64,000 nucleotides of DNA, taken from Eledone cirrhosa (Eukaryota). Shown piece by piece: positions 12,801-25,746 of this stretch. The notes beneath the pieces were generated by a model. The model saw only the letters and a program-made list of their open reading frames with translations. It did no database searches and had not been told where the DNA came from. Position 1 is the stretch's first letter; every line of letters begins with the position of its first letter. The position numbers were made by a program, and so were the translations under genes. Where the stretch lies: assembly GCA_964016885.1 (NCBI GenBank), contig OZ024740.1:92938001-93002000 (forward strand), written 5' to 3'.

Positions 12801-14655
12801 TGAGGAATTGCAAGAGGAGACACACTGGTCTTGCCATGGGATGGATAGACTACAAAAAGGCATTTGACATGGTGCCTCATACTTGGATCATCAAAAGCCT
12901 GGAGATCTTCAAGGTGGCAGATAACATCAGACAGTTGTTGGGCAAAAGTATGAAGTCCTGGGAAACAGAGTTAACATCAACTGGAGGATCCTTGGTAAGA
13001 TTAAGAGAGGTATCTTCCAGGGAGATAGTCTGTCCCCTCTGTTGTTTGTCCTTGCCCTGATGCCCCTGACCAGCGTACTGCGAAAAGTAAGAGCAGGATA
13101 CAGGTTGGGAATGGGAGGGCTTACCATCAATCACCTCCTCTTCATGGACGATCTTAAGCTCTTCGGGAAGAGTGAGAAGGAGTTGGATGTGCTTGTTGAC
13201 ACTGTCCGTATTTTCACCAATGATATATGTATGCAATTTGGTATTAGTAATTGTGGAGTCATTGTGATGAAAAGGGTATGTTGAGCAGAAGTAACGGAAT
13301 CCATGTACCAACGGGTGAGATGATAAAGGAAATTGACTCTGAAGAAGAATACAAGTATTTGGGCGTTCTGGAGCCTGATGACATCAAGAACAAGAAAATG
13401 AAGGAATTGATAAGAACTGAATACATTCGGAGAATAAGGAGCGTATTGAAGTCACATCTGAACAGTAGGAATGCCATAAGTGCGGTAAATTCCCGAGCTG
13501 TGTCTATTATTAGGTACAGTGCGGGAATTCTGAGATGGAATGTTGCTGAACAGAAATATATGGATAGGAAGACTAGGAAGCTATTGACTATCTACAACAT
13601 GTTCCACAAGAGGAGTGATATCGATAGACTCTACTTAAGGAGATCTGAGGGTTGAAGAGGTCTTATCAGCATAAATGACTGTGTTCAGATGGAGAAAAAC
13701 AACCTACAAAAATACGTGACTGATAGTAAGGAGCCAATGCTCAGAACTGTACTGAAGGAAGGGACAATAGACCAGGGGATGTCCAAGGAGGAAATAACAT
13801 CAAGGAGAAAGAGCAGCCTTCAGGAAAAATCCCATCATAGTACCTTCCTTGAGAAAAATGAATTTAGAGAACAACAGACATGAAATTTGTTGAAAAGAGG
13901 AGACCTTAAAAAGGCTACAGAAGGAATGTTAATGGCTGCGCAGGAGCAGGCCCTCAAAACGAAGTGGTTGAAACACCATATTTACAAGGAGGAGGTTAGC
14001 CCACGGTGCAGGATCTGTGGAGAGAGAGAGGAGACTGTAGCTCACAGTGTATCCGAGTGTAAACACCTAGCCCAGACTCGCTATAAGGGCTGGAGACATG
14101 ATGTGATGGGCAGGGTGATCCACAGGCACCTATGCAAAGTAAACAATTTACCACATTCTAAGAAGTGGTATGAGCATAAGCCAGAGTCGGTGATAGTAAA
14201 CGAGCAGGTGAAGGTGCTGTTGTATTTTAGGATACAGACGTACAAGAAACTGGAACACAATAGACCTGACTTGGTGGTTGTGGACAAAGAAAAAAGATCG
14301 TGCCTGATTGTGGATGTGGCCTACCTAACCGACACGAGAGTGCAAGAGAAGGAGAGGGAGAACATTAACCGATACCAGGACTTAAAGTGGAAGGTAAAAA
14401 GGATTTGGAACTGCCATGAAGTCAAAGTGATCCCGATTGTTATAGGCGCACTAGGGACTATCTCAACAAGTTTCCAAGGATGGTTAAAGAAAGTTGGCCC
14501 TTTCACGCTTTTTGGAACGCTTCAAAAGGCATGCTTGCCGGGAACAGCAAGAGCCCTCCGATACGTCCTGAATATCTGAGTCTGCAGGTAGTGGCCTGAT
14601 ATTCATTTCAACAAACTTTCCAGTTAACTAACATCAATTACTGAGACTCAAAGAG
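9820..14655 (+). mobile_element. R4/Dong-clade retrotransposon, decayed copy 2, head-to-tail with copy 1
   Basis: Colinear with 5270-9790 including the leader (gaaatcgctcccgtaag...) and 3' UTR. It ends in (TAA)n at ~14656. Confidence 0.85.
11203..14579 (+). pseudogene. Disrupted Dong-type ORF
   Basis: Fragments 11341-12033, 12222-12800, 12746-13060, 13042-13284, 13251-13655, 13689-13883 and 13887-14579 match the 1130-aa ORF. The start ATG has become GTG, and there are several stops and frameshifts. Confidence 0.92.
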
Positions 14656-14948
14656 TAATAACAACAATAATAATAATAATAATAATTATAATAATAATGA
14701 TTTCTTTATTAACCACAAGGCTTTACATAAAGTAGACATTAAGGACGGTGAAGTACAATACAGGATGGTACAAATGGGCATTTCTGCGTCTAAAAAACAA
14801 AAACAGAGGATGTAAAAAAAATTAACAAAGAAAAATTCCCCAATAGGGGGGAGACTTCGTAGGGACATTTGTGGAGAAAGCCCAGTAAAAGGCCACAGTG
14901 ATCCTGACCACCAGGGCAAGTGCCCTCTCCCACTTTGCCACCTTTAAT

Positions 14949-17900
14949 TTACAGACACATACTCAGAGTAGGCCCATTCACTCGGGCCATACTTGCTTCT
15001 CTCACCCATCTTTCAACAAAATGCTGTGAAGCGAGCACTTCCCTTTCTACCCTGATTTTCCTTTTCAAATGAAATTTGAAACAGTTAATCAGGGCATTAC
15101 CGAAGAGGTAAGAGCTCGTTTTCAGCCCTTTCAAACGTGTCCACCATGCTATCTCTTTCGCCATGGCCACCAGCCAGATAAAAACTGGCTGCCCTTCCCG
15201 GCTAAAGGAAGAGGGAGGGGCAATCCTCACGATGGACGCAGCTGATAGCCGGATCCGTCCCACAAGTCAGCAATGCTCGGACACTGGACGAGTGCGTGCA
15301 GGACGGTTTCGTCGCCCTGCGCGCATCTAGGACATGCCCGGCTGACGGCACGTCCATGCCTGTAGAGTTTATCCCGAACTGGCAAGGCTTCTTGGTAGGA
15401 CTGCCAGGCCAGGGATTTCTGGAAGTTGTCCATTGGCCCCGGCCCGAAATTTCTTCCGAAGAGATTAGCTAGTTGATATTCGTTGACGCCTAGAGTTTTC
15501 CCCAAGTACGTCGTCGCTCTTCCCCTCCACTAATCATCTATAGAACCCCAAGCTGGAGTTTCCACCGATCACATTGCCCGATTGGTCTAGGGCTGTCTGC
15601 GCATGAAGACATTCCAGTCTCCAAGCGCTCCCTCTCGGTCTTCGCTTGACCCAGGACTGCAGCTCCGTCAAGGAGACGAGCTGGGGAAAGACACGTCTAG
15701 CAAACGGAGACCACACCTGATAACCGTCAAGGAAGAGGTGGAGATGTAGCCTGAGCGCGTGTCTGCGCAACAACAGCCACGGCATTCCCAGTCCTCCACG
15801 TAGCGGGTGTTGACAGCAGATGGACCGCCTGACCATCGGAGCGCGTCCCTTCCGCAAAAAGCGAGAGAGTATATGCTCCAGCGCAGTCAGGCGCGGTTTA
15901 GGACAAGGTACGACGGTGAGGCGGTAGTAGCTGACGGACGCGATATACGCGTTAGCCACCTCCGCTCGACCTTTCAGGGAAAGCTTCCTCTCAGCCCATT
16001 TCTGGGTGAGAGCAGCCACCCTGCTCGTCACCTCGTCCCAGTTTGTGTCCGTCTGGAGATCCGGAACGAACCAGACCCCGAGCAATTTAACTGGTCCATC
16101 CGTCCAGCGCCCGACAACACTGTTGGACGGCATGGACCTGCCTCTCCAGGTGCCGAGCTGCAGGCCCTCTGACTTTTCACGGTTGATCGTTGTTCCTGTC
16201 ACCGCTTCGTATTCTCTTAGTGTAGTGCCGATCGCCTCGATGTGTTTGGCGTTCGACACCACTACGGTGACATCGTCCGCATATGCTGACACGGATCTTC
16301 CGCATCCTAGTTCGCGGGGGACCCCCTCAACGTCTCCAGTTTGTGCAGTAATGGCTCGAGAGTCAATACGTACAAGAGGGACGAGAGGAGAAATCCTTGG
16401 CGGACCGAGCGCATGATCTTGAACGGTTCCGAAAGGTGACCGTTCACTCTCACCACAGAGCAGATATCGCTGTGCATGGCAGCGATCCAACCTCTGAAGA
16501 CGGGCCCAAAGCTAGCCGCCCTCAGGACTGCCGCTAGGTAACGATGGTCGACCATATCGAAAGCTTTCGACTGATCTAAATTGATCAAGGACCCACCCGT
16601 TCCAGGTTCCATAGCTACCCTCTCTACGATGCATCGCATGAGGTGGATGTTGTCGTGGATGGATCTGTCGGGAATGGCGCATGTCTGAGCCTCTCCCAGC
16701 AGACCACCAACGACAAGCGCCAACCTCTTTGCTAGCACCTTGACCAAAATCTTGAACTCTGTGTTTAACTGTGTTATGGGCCTAAAATTATCATGTTATC
16801 CCCCTTGTTCGGATCCTTTCTCAGCAGCGACACAGCTTCTCGTCTCACAGAGCTGGGAATTCTCCCGTTCTGTTGCCAGTTGCAGTAGACGTCTGCCAAG
16901 AGGCCTCCGAACAATCTGGCATCTGTACGTAAAGTTCATAGGGCATACCATCCAAACCAGGTGATTTACCCCTTGTGCAGCTAGTCATTGCCTCCCGTAC
17001 TTCAGCGGCTGTTATCGGCTTTTTGCAACACTCCGCCTCAGTTGTCAAGAGCCGCGGCTGACCGTCGAGGTAGACACTAAAGTCCATCCCTCGATCCGGC
17101 CTGCAGCTGCCCCCGAACAACTGAGCGAAGTGTCGCTGAAAAGCTTCACACATTTTCCCGGGATTGAGTAGCATGCGACGTCGTGGTCCACCAAAGACCG
17201 GATCGTGGCTTTGTTGCCACGACGCGCCTCCGCCACTCGGGCCCATTGAACGGCTTTCGTTCCTTCGTGTCTGAGAGCACGTACCCTAGCTCTGACAACG
17301 CAGCCCTCGTGCATTGCATTGAATAATTGGTCAAGGGCCAATTTCGCCGCAAGTACGTCGGTCGCGATCCCTTTGCTAAGCGCCTCGTCTAATTTCCTAA
17401 CTAGTTCTCCCTCTGCTCTATATTTCTGTATTGCTAAAGCCTTACTAAACCTAATGGACTCTATTCTAATTGCCCTTTTCAGAGCAAACCACCCTTGTCG
17501 ACGATGATCCCGTCAACGCCCGCTTAACTAGTTCGCTAATCCGGTCTCTGTAGGCCTTGCGCGCTGGTAAGGACGCGTTTAGATTCCAGTAGCCGGGTCC
17601 TCGTCTATGAAGCCTATCAACGTCAAGCACACAGATGACGAATGTGTGTTCCGTGTAGCTGACTATCTTGAATTGTGGACAGCCTATGCTAGACCTATCT
17701 ATTTCTTTACAAAATACTCTATCTAGATATGATCTGGATGACCTTATGCGATTTGTCCAAGTCCACATTGACACATTCGGCAAATCCAAGCGGTACCTGT
17801 CAGGCAGTTCAAAACGCCTAATCAGGTTGGTGAGGCTCTTGCACCCTCCTCCCCTATCCGATAATCCCACACAGTCCCAGCGTGCATCTAAGATCCCGTT

Positions 17901-18326
17901 CCAGTCGCCCACTAACACTAAAGAGCAGGACGTTTCAAGAAAGGTCTCCAGACGCCGGACGATATCTGGCCGCCCTAGTCCTGTCGGGGCATAGACGGCC
18001 ACTAGCCTGAAAGCTTGCCCGTCTCCGCTGGTCATGTCTAGCAGCACCAACTTACCTTCAGGGTCCAGGAAGATGGCCCGTATGGCGAGATCCAAACCTC
18101 TCCACAAAGGCACAGCAACTCCACACCCCGATCCTGGACGGCTAGGAGATGCGTACACATCGTAGCCGCCGAAGATGGGTGCGAAGGCCCGTGCTTCGGA
18201 GATTTTGGTCTCGTTGATTGCCACTACATCTATGTTTAGTGACCTGAGGTCGTTGAGCAGGTAGACCTGCTTCTATGACGACCACAAGCCACGCGCATTT
18301 ATGCTGCCTATTCTGAGTGAGGTCAT
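14949..18326 (-). pseudogene. L1/Tx1-type ORF2 (APE endonuclease, RT, C-terminal Cys-His), frameshifted
   Basis: MTSLRIGSINARG, AINET, LVAVYAP, LVGDWN, SYLDRVF, KSPGLDG, KVLAKRL, LDQSKAFDMVDH, SVRQG, SAYADDVT, GGLGMP, CPRCAQGDETVLHALVQC. Confidence 0.9.
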
Positions 18327-18359
18327 GTTGAAATGGAGTGGAAAAGATGGGAAATACCA

Positions 18360-20265
18360 CTTACCTTACTTCTCGTAGAGGAAGGATGGTTTGTCCATCA
18401 TTTTCACTGCTTGTGGCCTCCTCCGGAAGGATGTCCTTATAAATCCTCCTGGAGAGTGTTTGTCGGAAGTCTCCGATGTCTTTGAGGAATTTTTGTGTTA
18501 GTGTCGTTTACGTTTTCTGTGTGATGCCTGTGATCTGTATGTGTGGAGGTGGTGTGAACTTTTGTGTTGTTGTGCAGTCTTTTTCTGTGATGCTGGTGTT
18601 GTGTTGCATGTAGTGTAATAATTGGTTGTTGTTCAAATTTAATGATGTGTAGTGTGCATCGTTTTGGTTGTTTTGTTTTGTTTGCGTTTGTTGTGGGTTT
18701 GTTTCTGTTACGCTTTTTTGTGACTTTTGTGGTGTTGGTGATGGTGGTGTTGGGGTTAATGATGGTGATGGTGTTGGTGTTTGTGGTGATGGGGTAGGTG
18801 ATGCTGGTGTGGATGGTGGTATATATGTCTTAACTTTCTTGTTTGATAATTTATTTGTTTCCCGCTGTATTTTGTTTTTGGATGGGAAGGGATACGGTTT
18901 CCCACTCCTAGTCGTCACAATCTGTCTCCAGTTGCGATAATCCGGGAAGTGGAAAATCCTCCACGCGTTGGTTTTTGGTTGTGGCGTGGTGGATGGTGTA
19001 GGCCCTGGTACTAGTTCTGGGGCGTTGGGTGGTGGTGGTGTTGGTTTTGCTACTGTTGCTGGGGTTGTTGCTGTTACAGTTGATTCTGGTGTTGCTGCTG
19101 CAGTTGTTGCTGCCATTTCTGCTGGTGGTGGTGTTGATGGTTGAGTCACTGGGGTGGGTAAGAGAGATGGCCTCAACCTTTTAGCCTGAGGGCAGAAAGC
19201 CCTTAAGTGGGTTCCTTCACCACAAACGACACACCTAGGTCTTCTGCCCTCGACGATTACGGTGAGGTGGCTGCCGTCAGTGAGGTTTATTACCTCTGGG
19301 ATCTCCTCAATGCTTGTATGGTCGCTTGGATCAGGAGCTCCATCCCAGATCCGGAGCAGTTCTCCTGCTTTTCTTTTGCTATTTCTATTATTTTGGTGTT
19401 GGCCTCGATGCCTACGAGGACGGCAGCCATTAGCCAGGGAATTTCGATGGCCGGTGGAACGTGGGTCACCCTGATCTTCACAAGTCTCTGGCTACAATAG
19501 CTTGGGATGAGTGTGAAGTCGTCACTTCTTAATGGGGCCATGGAATGTTCTCTGGCCTCCTGTGGTGTTTCAAAGAACACGTCCACGGTTCCATACTGCT
19601 GCCCACGTCTGATGTGGGCTTTTTTTGCCCAAACATGTCCCAAAGGTTTTTGGATTTGTAACTCGATTGCCCGTTCCACTCGGCGCGATTTTATGTTAAT
19701 TGTTCGATAAGACGCGGTGCATAGGCGACGTTGCTCCATGTTATTAGGTGTGTGTATGGGGGGGGGGCTGACCCTGTACCCATCTTTCTTTACCATTCCT
19801 TTGGCTTCTTCTAATTCCTCCTGAGTTACCTGGATCGCTTCGCGCGTTTTTGCTACTCTGGCAAACTCAAGGTAGTTTTCTTAATTTCATTGTTTCTGTT
19901 GTTGTGATCGTTATTTTTACTGTTGTTAATTTTAGTTTCAGTTGTGGTGGTGGTAGCGTCAGTGGTGTTCGGTGTGGAAGAGTTCATTTTGGTTGAAATC
20001 ATTTCGATATCACGAGTTAATTTATTTTTTTCTTTTGTTTCTGTTGTCGCTGTGGTGGTGGTGCGGGTGGTGGTTTTCGCGGTGGTGGTGGTGGCGGCTT
20101 TAAAACCTGCAGTCATTGGTAATGGCGGGAAATGAACGTCTGCCTGAGACAAATTTAAAATATTGCTACTGCTTACAATACCAGTGTTGGCAAACGTAGC
20201 AATATTTACAATGGTGGTGTCGGTGTGAGATGTTGCATTGTGAGGAAGGAGTGACTCTGAGTCAT
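18360..20265 (-). pseudogene. L1/Tx1-type ORF1, fragmented
   Basis: Lies upstream of ORF2. VIVEGRRPRC is followed after a frameshift by VCGEGTHLRAFC (CX2CX4HX4C) at ~19190-19260, with Pro/Thr-rich low-complexity segments. Confidence 0.65.
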
Positions 20266-20487
20266 CTATTATTTTTGAAAGAAAAATTTTTGTTTGATAA
20301 TTATAAAAAGTTTAAATTTTGGGCTCAAGGCCCCAATATTTTTGAGTGTCCTTTTCAGAAATCAATGTATGTGCACTTATATACAGTTAACGATAAACAA
20401 TTTCCATGAATGGCAATTTTAAAGAACTGAAAATAACAAACCTTTGCGGAGCTCACGATGATACGATTTACTACGCAGGTCGCCAAA

Positions 20488-20573
<86 letters not shown>

Positions 20574-20662
20574 TTTCTTTATTAGCCACAAGGGTTTACA
20601 TAAAGTAGACATTAAGGACAGTGCAGGACAATACAGGATGGTACAAATGGGCATTTCTGCGT
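20488..20662 (-). mobile_element. ~90-bp 3' stub of the same L1/Tx1 family with a long (ATT)n tail
   Basis: 20570-20662 matches 14698-14790 (tgatttctttatt...gggcatttctgcgt). Confidence 0.85.
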
Positions 20663-20665
20663 GTA

Positions 20666-20843
20666 AATTGGAGCTCTGAAATAGCAATATATATATGGAT
20701 GTGTATATAATGTATTTTGCAATACACTTAATGCTTAATTAAAAGCTTACGGTCTTCAAAATGCTTTTAATTAAGCATAAAGTGTATTGCAAAATACATT
20801 ATATATACATCCATATATATATTGCTATTTCAGAGCTACAATT
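20666..20843. repeat. Hairpin with ~80-bp arms and a ~16-nt loop
   Basis: gctctgaaatagcaatat...ttaattaaaagc pairs with gcttttaattaa...atattgctatttcagagc. The arm resembles 40795-40837. Confidence 0.9.
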
Positions 20844-20846
20844 CAA

Positions 20847-20886
<40 letters not shown>

Positions 20887-21020
20887 TACTGGGGAGAGGA
20901 TCAGGGGTGTATAATACTCCACTTATCTAACAGGCAGTATGAGGTTAGCTCGATGTCTGAGGACAGAGCGGTGATATAATCAATAAGAAAGAACGCCTAT
21001 TGCATATGCATATCTTTACT

Positions 21021-21066
21021 TGCTAACATTGTTTCATCCGCACTATAGGTGGGACTCATCAGAGCA
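21021..21066 (-). ncRNA. Minimal type I hammerhead ribozyme in the PLE 3' end
   Basis: Minus strand: tgct CTGATGA gtcc-cacctatagtgc-ggat GAAAC aat GTT agca. Confidence 0.75.
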
Positions 21067-23101
21067 TAAAGGTTAATTACATACCACACAAGCAATAACA
21101 AATCCAAGACATTGAAGAAATAAAGAATGAAAAATAATAAAAGATAAAAGATATTGAGGAAGTAAAAATGAAAATAAAAATAAAAATAAACATTGAAAAA
21201 TAAACAATGAAAAATAATTGAAAAATAAGGGGTACTATCAGTCACAGTTGGGCGGGGTGCTGTCAACATATAGTTACATACAAGCATACACATGGATAAG
21301 AGAACAGACAAGAATAGATAAGATAGATAGGATTAGGTAAGAGTAGACAAAAAATAGGTGAAAAATAGGTAAAAAATAGACTTATAATATATATAAGAAA
21401 ATATAAAAAAACATACATATAAAATATAAAATATACAGATAATAGTGATACAGGGTAAGGAATGAAATAAAATAGAATAAAATAATATAAAATTAAAATT
21501 AAAATTATATAAAATAGAATATAATATAATATAATAATAAAATAAGATAAAATAAAATAAAATAAAATAAAATAAAATAAAATAAACTAAAATAAACTAA
21601 AATAAACTAAAATAAAATAATATAATATAAGATATAATTAAATAAATAAAATTAAATAAATAAAATTAAATAAAATGAAATGAAATAAAATAAAATAAAA
21701 TAAAATAAAGTAAATTGAGATAAGATATATATTTTTTTAGAATATATTTCTTGAATATATCAGGGGCCCACGAAGGCACTAAGTGTCACAGTTATCAGTA
21801 TCACTTGACCATTGCAATGCAATGGGGACGTCCCAGGTTGGGCAGTCTCAAAAGTTCACTCGAAAGTCACGGGTGTGCATTCACACAGTTGAGCGGTGGG
21901 GTAATCACAAACCGGTTCACACCCGGGCAGGAGTCCAATGGTCAACAGAGGTACATCGAAGGAATGTAGGAGAATTCACGTGCAGCAGCAAGAGGCAGAC
22001 AGGTGGGCCGAAAGCAAGCAGGTGCAGGCGGGCTAGCCGAAAGCAAGCAGATACAGTTGGGTCAGGCGGGTTAATATGCATACTCAACAGCGCATACAAA
22101 AGATATATAAAAAATAAAAGATATATAAAAAATAGCTTCAAGAGCCAATATCATGAAGTCACCGCATTGGGACATCTCAAGATTATACACACCAATATGT
22201 TCAGCACGTATATCCACATATACACACCACATGCATATGCAGAGACGGTATACATATATATATATTTTTATATACAGACATATACAACCACCTACACCCA
22301 TACACATATAAATGTATACACAGACACACACGCACACGCACACAGCGTCAAAGCTGATATTAAACACAGAAATACCACATTAGGCAAGACCCACCACCAC
22401 GGATAATACATTCAAAATAAATACATACGATGAGATGCAGTAAAATAAATCAAATTGCAATCCTACGGAGATAATCATATCCGCACGTGCCATTGCCCGA
22501 TTCAAGTGTACACAGACCGTTAGTAACTACGGAGGGCTATCGGGGCCAAAACGTTACTTTCGGGATAATAACAACGACCGTCAATATATGGAAGGCCAAT
22601 CGTGCTAGAAAGACTACAACCCCGGGCAAGAGCTCCCAGAAGTCAGCCTGTAGATCTTAAACCACAGAATAGGAGGGTAACACGTACATGTGCCACGTAT
22701 CTACTGCTTACGGCGAGATGGCACAGGTCCGCCCACAGTTACAGGCTAAATTTCTATTTGTGCAGCCTATATCACAGTACACGCTCTACATAGATACATT
22801 ACATCATAACTCATGCGCATACAGAGGTACAGATCCGCAAGATACACGTCGGGATAGACCCACCAATGCACCAATGGTGGGTAGGCGAACGTGGATGGGT
22901 TACATCCGCTGTGCCAAAGAGGGGTGCTTATTAACATACACACCCACTCACCTGTACACCGCAATATCCAGATCAATATTCTCCCGCAGGCATACGTATA
23001 CACTCACTGACTCATATACATAGAAGACAAACAATAGGAGACAGTTACACACAATAAGAGACAGTTACACAAGATAGCCCAACTGGAGAATTAAGGAAGT
23101 G

Positions 23102-25050
23102 CTAGCTAATAGGTTTAAAGTAGAAGAAAGAGCTTAATATTCGGTGGGGGCAAGAGAAAAATATTTCTGACTTTCTGTTTAGTAGAGGGCATTTAGCAAA
23201 TATAATAGAGTGGGATTCGGCAAAGCATAGGTTACATACTCTATTATGAGGAGTATATGGATGGGATTTAGCAACCTGCCGCCAAGTAAGTGTGTAATGT
23301 GTTCGTGCATTTTTTAAATTGTGGACGTACGCTGCCAAGGAGGTGGAGTTCCTCAGTTTATTGTGTCTAAAAGTGCACTGGTGAGAGTTAAACCTGGTCT
23401 TAAAGGGGGTGGAGGTTGATCCTATATAGGTTTTAGTGGACGCCGTAGTTACCACATCACACGCGTAAACTATGTTTCTAATAAGGCAGAAACCATTCAG
23501 GGGGGAGCCTGAAGCCCTTCTACAGTTACAATTTCTGGTGATGCTATTCTCAGAATGATCAGCACTTGTGTTCCGGGCCCCCTCTGTCCACTACCGTGTT
23601 TTCCCCTAGGCTTAGGTTGTCCAGGCCTTCCTTTATTTTCCTATTATTAGTAATGGCCAGATGAGAGGCCAGATTTTGGGTTGTAGAATACGAAAGTTTA
23701 ACAACATTCTTATTGAGGATAGAGTGGTACCTATTACCAGGAGGGAAGTTCCTTTCTAACACAGAGAAGAAGGCCCTAGGAATATTTATAGCCACTTCAG
23801 AGTTAAAAGGGGGGTTGAAGTATGTATTCAATCTTCTTCTATTCTTTTTATTCTTTTTATTTCCTTCACTATTATTAGCATTATTGTTTCTACGGTTACT
23901 ATGCTCACCTAGTTTATGCGGGGAGCTGCGAGGCCTACCATTGCTATTACTTAGACTAATGGTGCCCTGATGGTTCATTCCACCGGCATTTAGAACCCTC
24001 CCATTCGCGACACCTCTATTACCAATGGACATATTATGTGTTATAACAACACTGGTAGAGCTACTATTAGGACTATTATTTCCCTGGGTATAATACAATT
24101 TGTCCCTAAAGCCGGATCTAACTAAGGCATCATTATAGTTATCAGCCTGCGAGTCAAACGCCGCTTCACTATGTGAGAGTGAACTTATTCTGTTAGATAC
24201 GCCCTTCAGTATACCGCTGATGACCGACATAGGGTGGTTAGAGTTAGTATCCACGTAAGTCAGCAATTCATTAGGCTTATGGTACGGTGTTTACGTATGG
24301 TTATCCAAGTCTAATGTAACATCCAGGAAGTTCACAGTTCTATCATTTATATCCATAGTAATGGATAGGTAAAAGGTTTTAAAAAACTATGCAGCTTTTT
24401 CCTAATGCGCACTATATACTTACTAGTATATATGGAGAGTTGGGCGTCATCCCGGTACATCCCGCCCCTAAGGAATGGGAAGTTACTATGCAGTTCATTG
24501 AGGAGGTATAGCCCAACTAAGTCGGTGACCTGGGCAGAATCACTCGACTCCATAGTAATGTCAAAATTATCAGGTGTGTTTTTTCTCGTCCATAGATTAT
24601 CCTCAAACATGATAATGGTTTTACGTGCAGCGAGAACAATATCTATCTGTGGCCTTGTAATTGCCCCCTCTGCATGGCTAGGATAAGGGCCTTATTGAGG
24701 ATAATAGGAGATATAGATGTATAATAAGCATCAATATCAAATTGGATGAATCTGAGTGAGTCACGACCACAATCCGTAGAGAACCACCTAATGACTTCAC
24801 TAGTGTTACCCCAAAGCTCAAGGAAAGTTTTTTTCTCTAACCAGGGGAATAACGATATCCATGATTCCCTTACTAATAATCCCCAGGTCAGACTTGGAGG
24901 GGCAGATAAGCCTAACTGAGGGTCTGCTAATAAAATTTTCCTTGTGGTCCTTGAGGGTGAATCTAGGATGCTTGGGGTAATAAGGCTGAGTGTGTTTATC
25001 CAGACCTAATTTTACCACTATGTTATACCCCTCCAGATTAATATTATTTA
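23102..25050 (-). pseudogene. PLE reverse transcriptase and C-terminal GIY-YIG endonuclease, disrupted
   Basis: FTLKDHKENF, VRLICPSKSDLG, FDITMESSDSAQVTDLVGLYLL, GGMYRDD, YVDTNSNHP, YFNPPFN, KLSYS, TYIGSTSTPFKTRFNSH, CNLC...CPH. Confidence 0.88.
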
Positions 25051-25605
25051 AATTACTCTGCGTTGTTATTTTATATTATTATATTATATTATATTCTATT
25101 TTATATAATTTTAATTTTAATTTTATATTATTTTATTCTATTTTATTTCATTCTTTACCCTGTATCACTATTATCTGTATATTTTATATTTTATATGTAT
25201 GTTTTTTTATATTTTCTTATATATATTATAAGTCTATTTTTTACCTATTTTTCACCTATTTTTTATCTACTCTTACCTAATCCTATCTATCTTATCTATT
25301 CTTGTCTGTTCTCTTATCCATGTGTATGCTTGTATGTAACTATATGTTGACAGCACCCCGCCCAACTGTGACTGATAGCACCCCTTATTTTTCAATTATT
25401 TTTCATTGTTTATTTTTCAATGTTTATTTTTATTTTTATTTTTATTTTTATTTTTATTTTTATTTTTATTTTTATTTTTATTTTTATTTTTATTTTTATT
25501 TTTATTTTTATTTTTACTTCCTCAATATCTTTTATTATTTTTCATTCTTTATTTCTTCAATGTCTTGGATTTGTTATTGCTTGTGTGGTATGTAATTAAC
25601 CTTTA

Positions 25606-25651
25606 TGCTCTGATGAGTCCCACTTATAATGCGGATGAAACAATGTTAGCA
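25606..25651 (+). ncRNA. Minimal type I hammerhead ribozyme in the inverted pLTR
   Basis: tgct CTGATGA gtcc-cacttataatgc-ggat GAAAC aat GTT agca. Confidence 0.75.
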
Positions 25652-25691
25652 AGTAAAGATATGCATATGCTATAGGCGTTCTTTGTTATTG

Positions 25692-25740
<49 letters not shown>

Positions 25741-25746
<6 letters not shown>

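Larger units (their letters stand above)
14698..20487 (-). mobile_element. Near full-length decayed L1/Tx1-type LINE
   Basis: ORF1 with a zinc knuckle, ORF2 with APE and RT, and a 3' AATAAA (14705-14710) followed by an (ATT)n tail. The 5' end abuts another (ATT)n tract. Confidence 0.85.
20884..25695 (-). mobile_element. 5'-truncated Penelope-like element with an inverted copy of its 3' end (inverted pLTR), in (AT)n
   Basis: Inverted arms ~20975-21540 and ~25063-25695 flank an RT/GIY-YIG remnant. (AT)n lies on both sides and each arm has an HHR. Confidence 0.88.

Noticed and set aside
14698-20662. ~90-bp direct repeats around the Tx1-like element as LTRs or a TSD
   Set aside because: The repeat is the element's own 3' end with polyA signal and tail, and the copies are diverged. 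A separate truncated copy explains it better.
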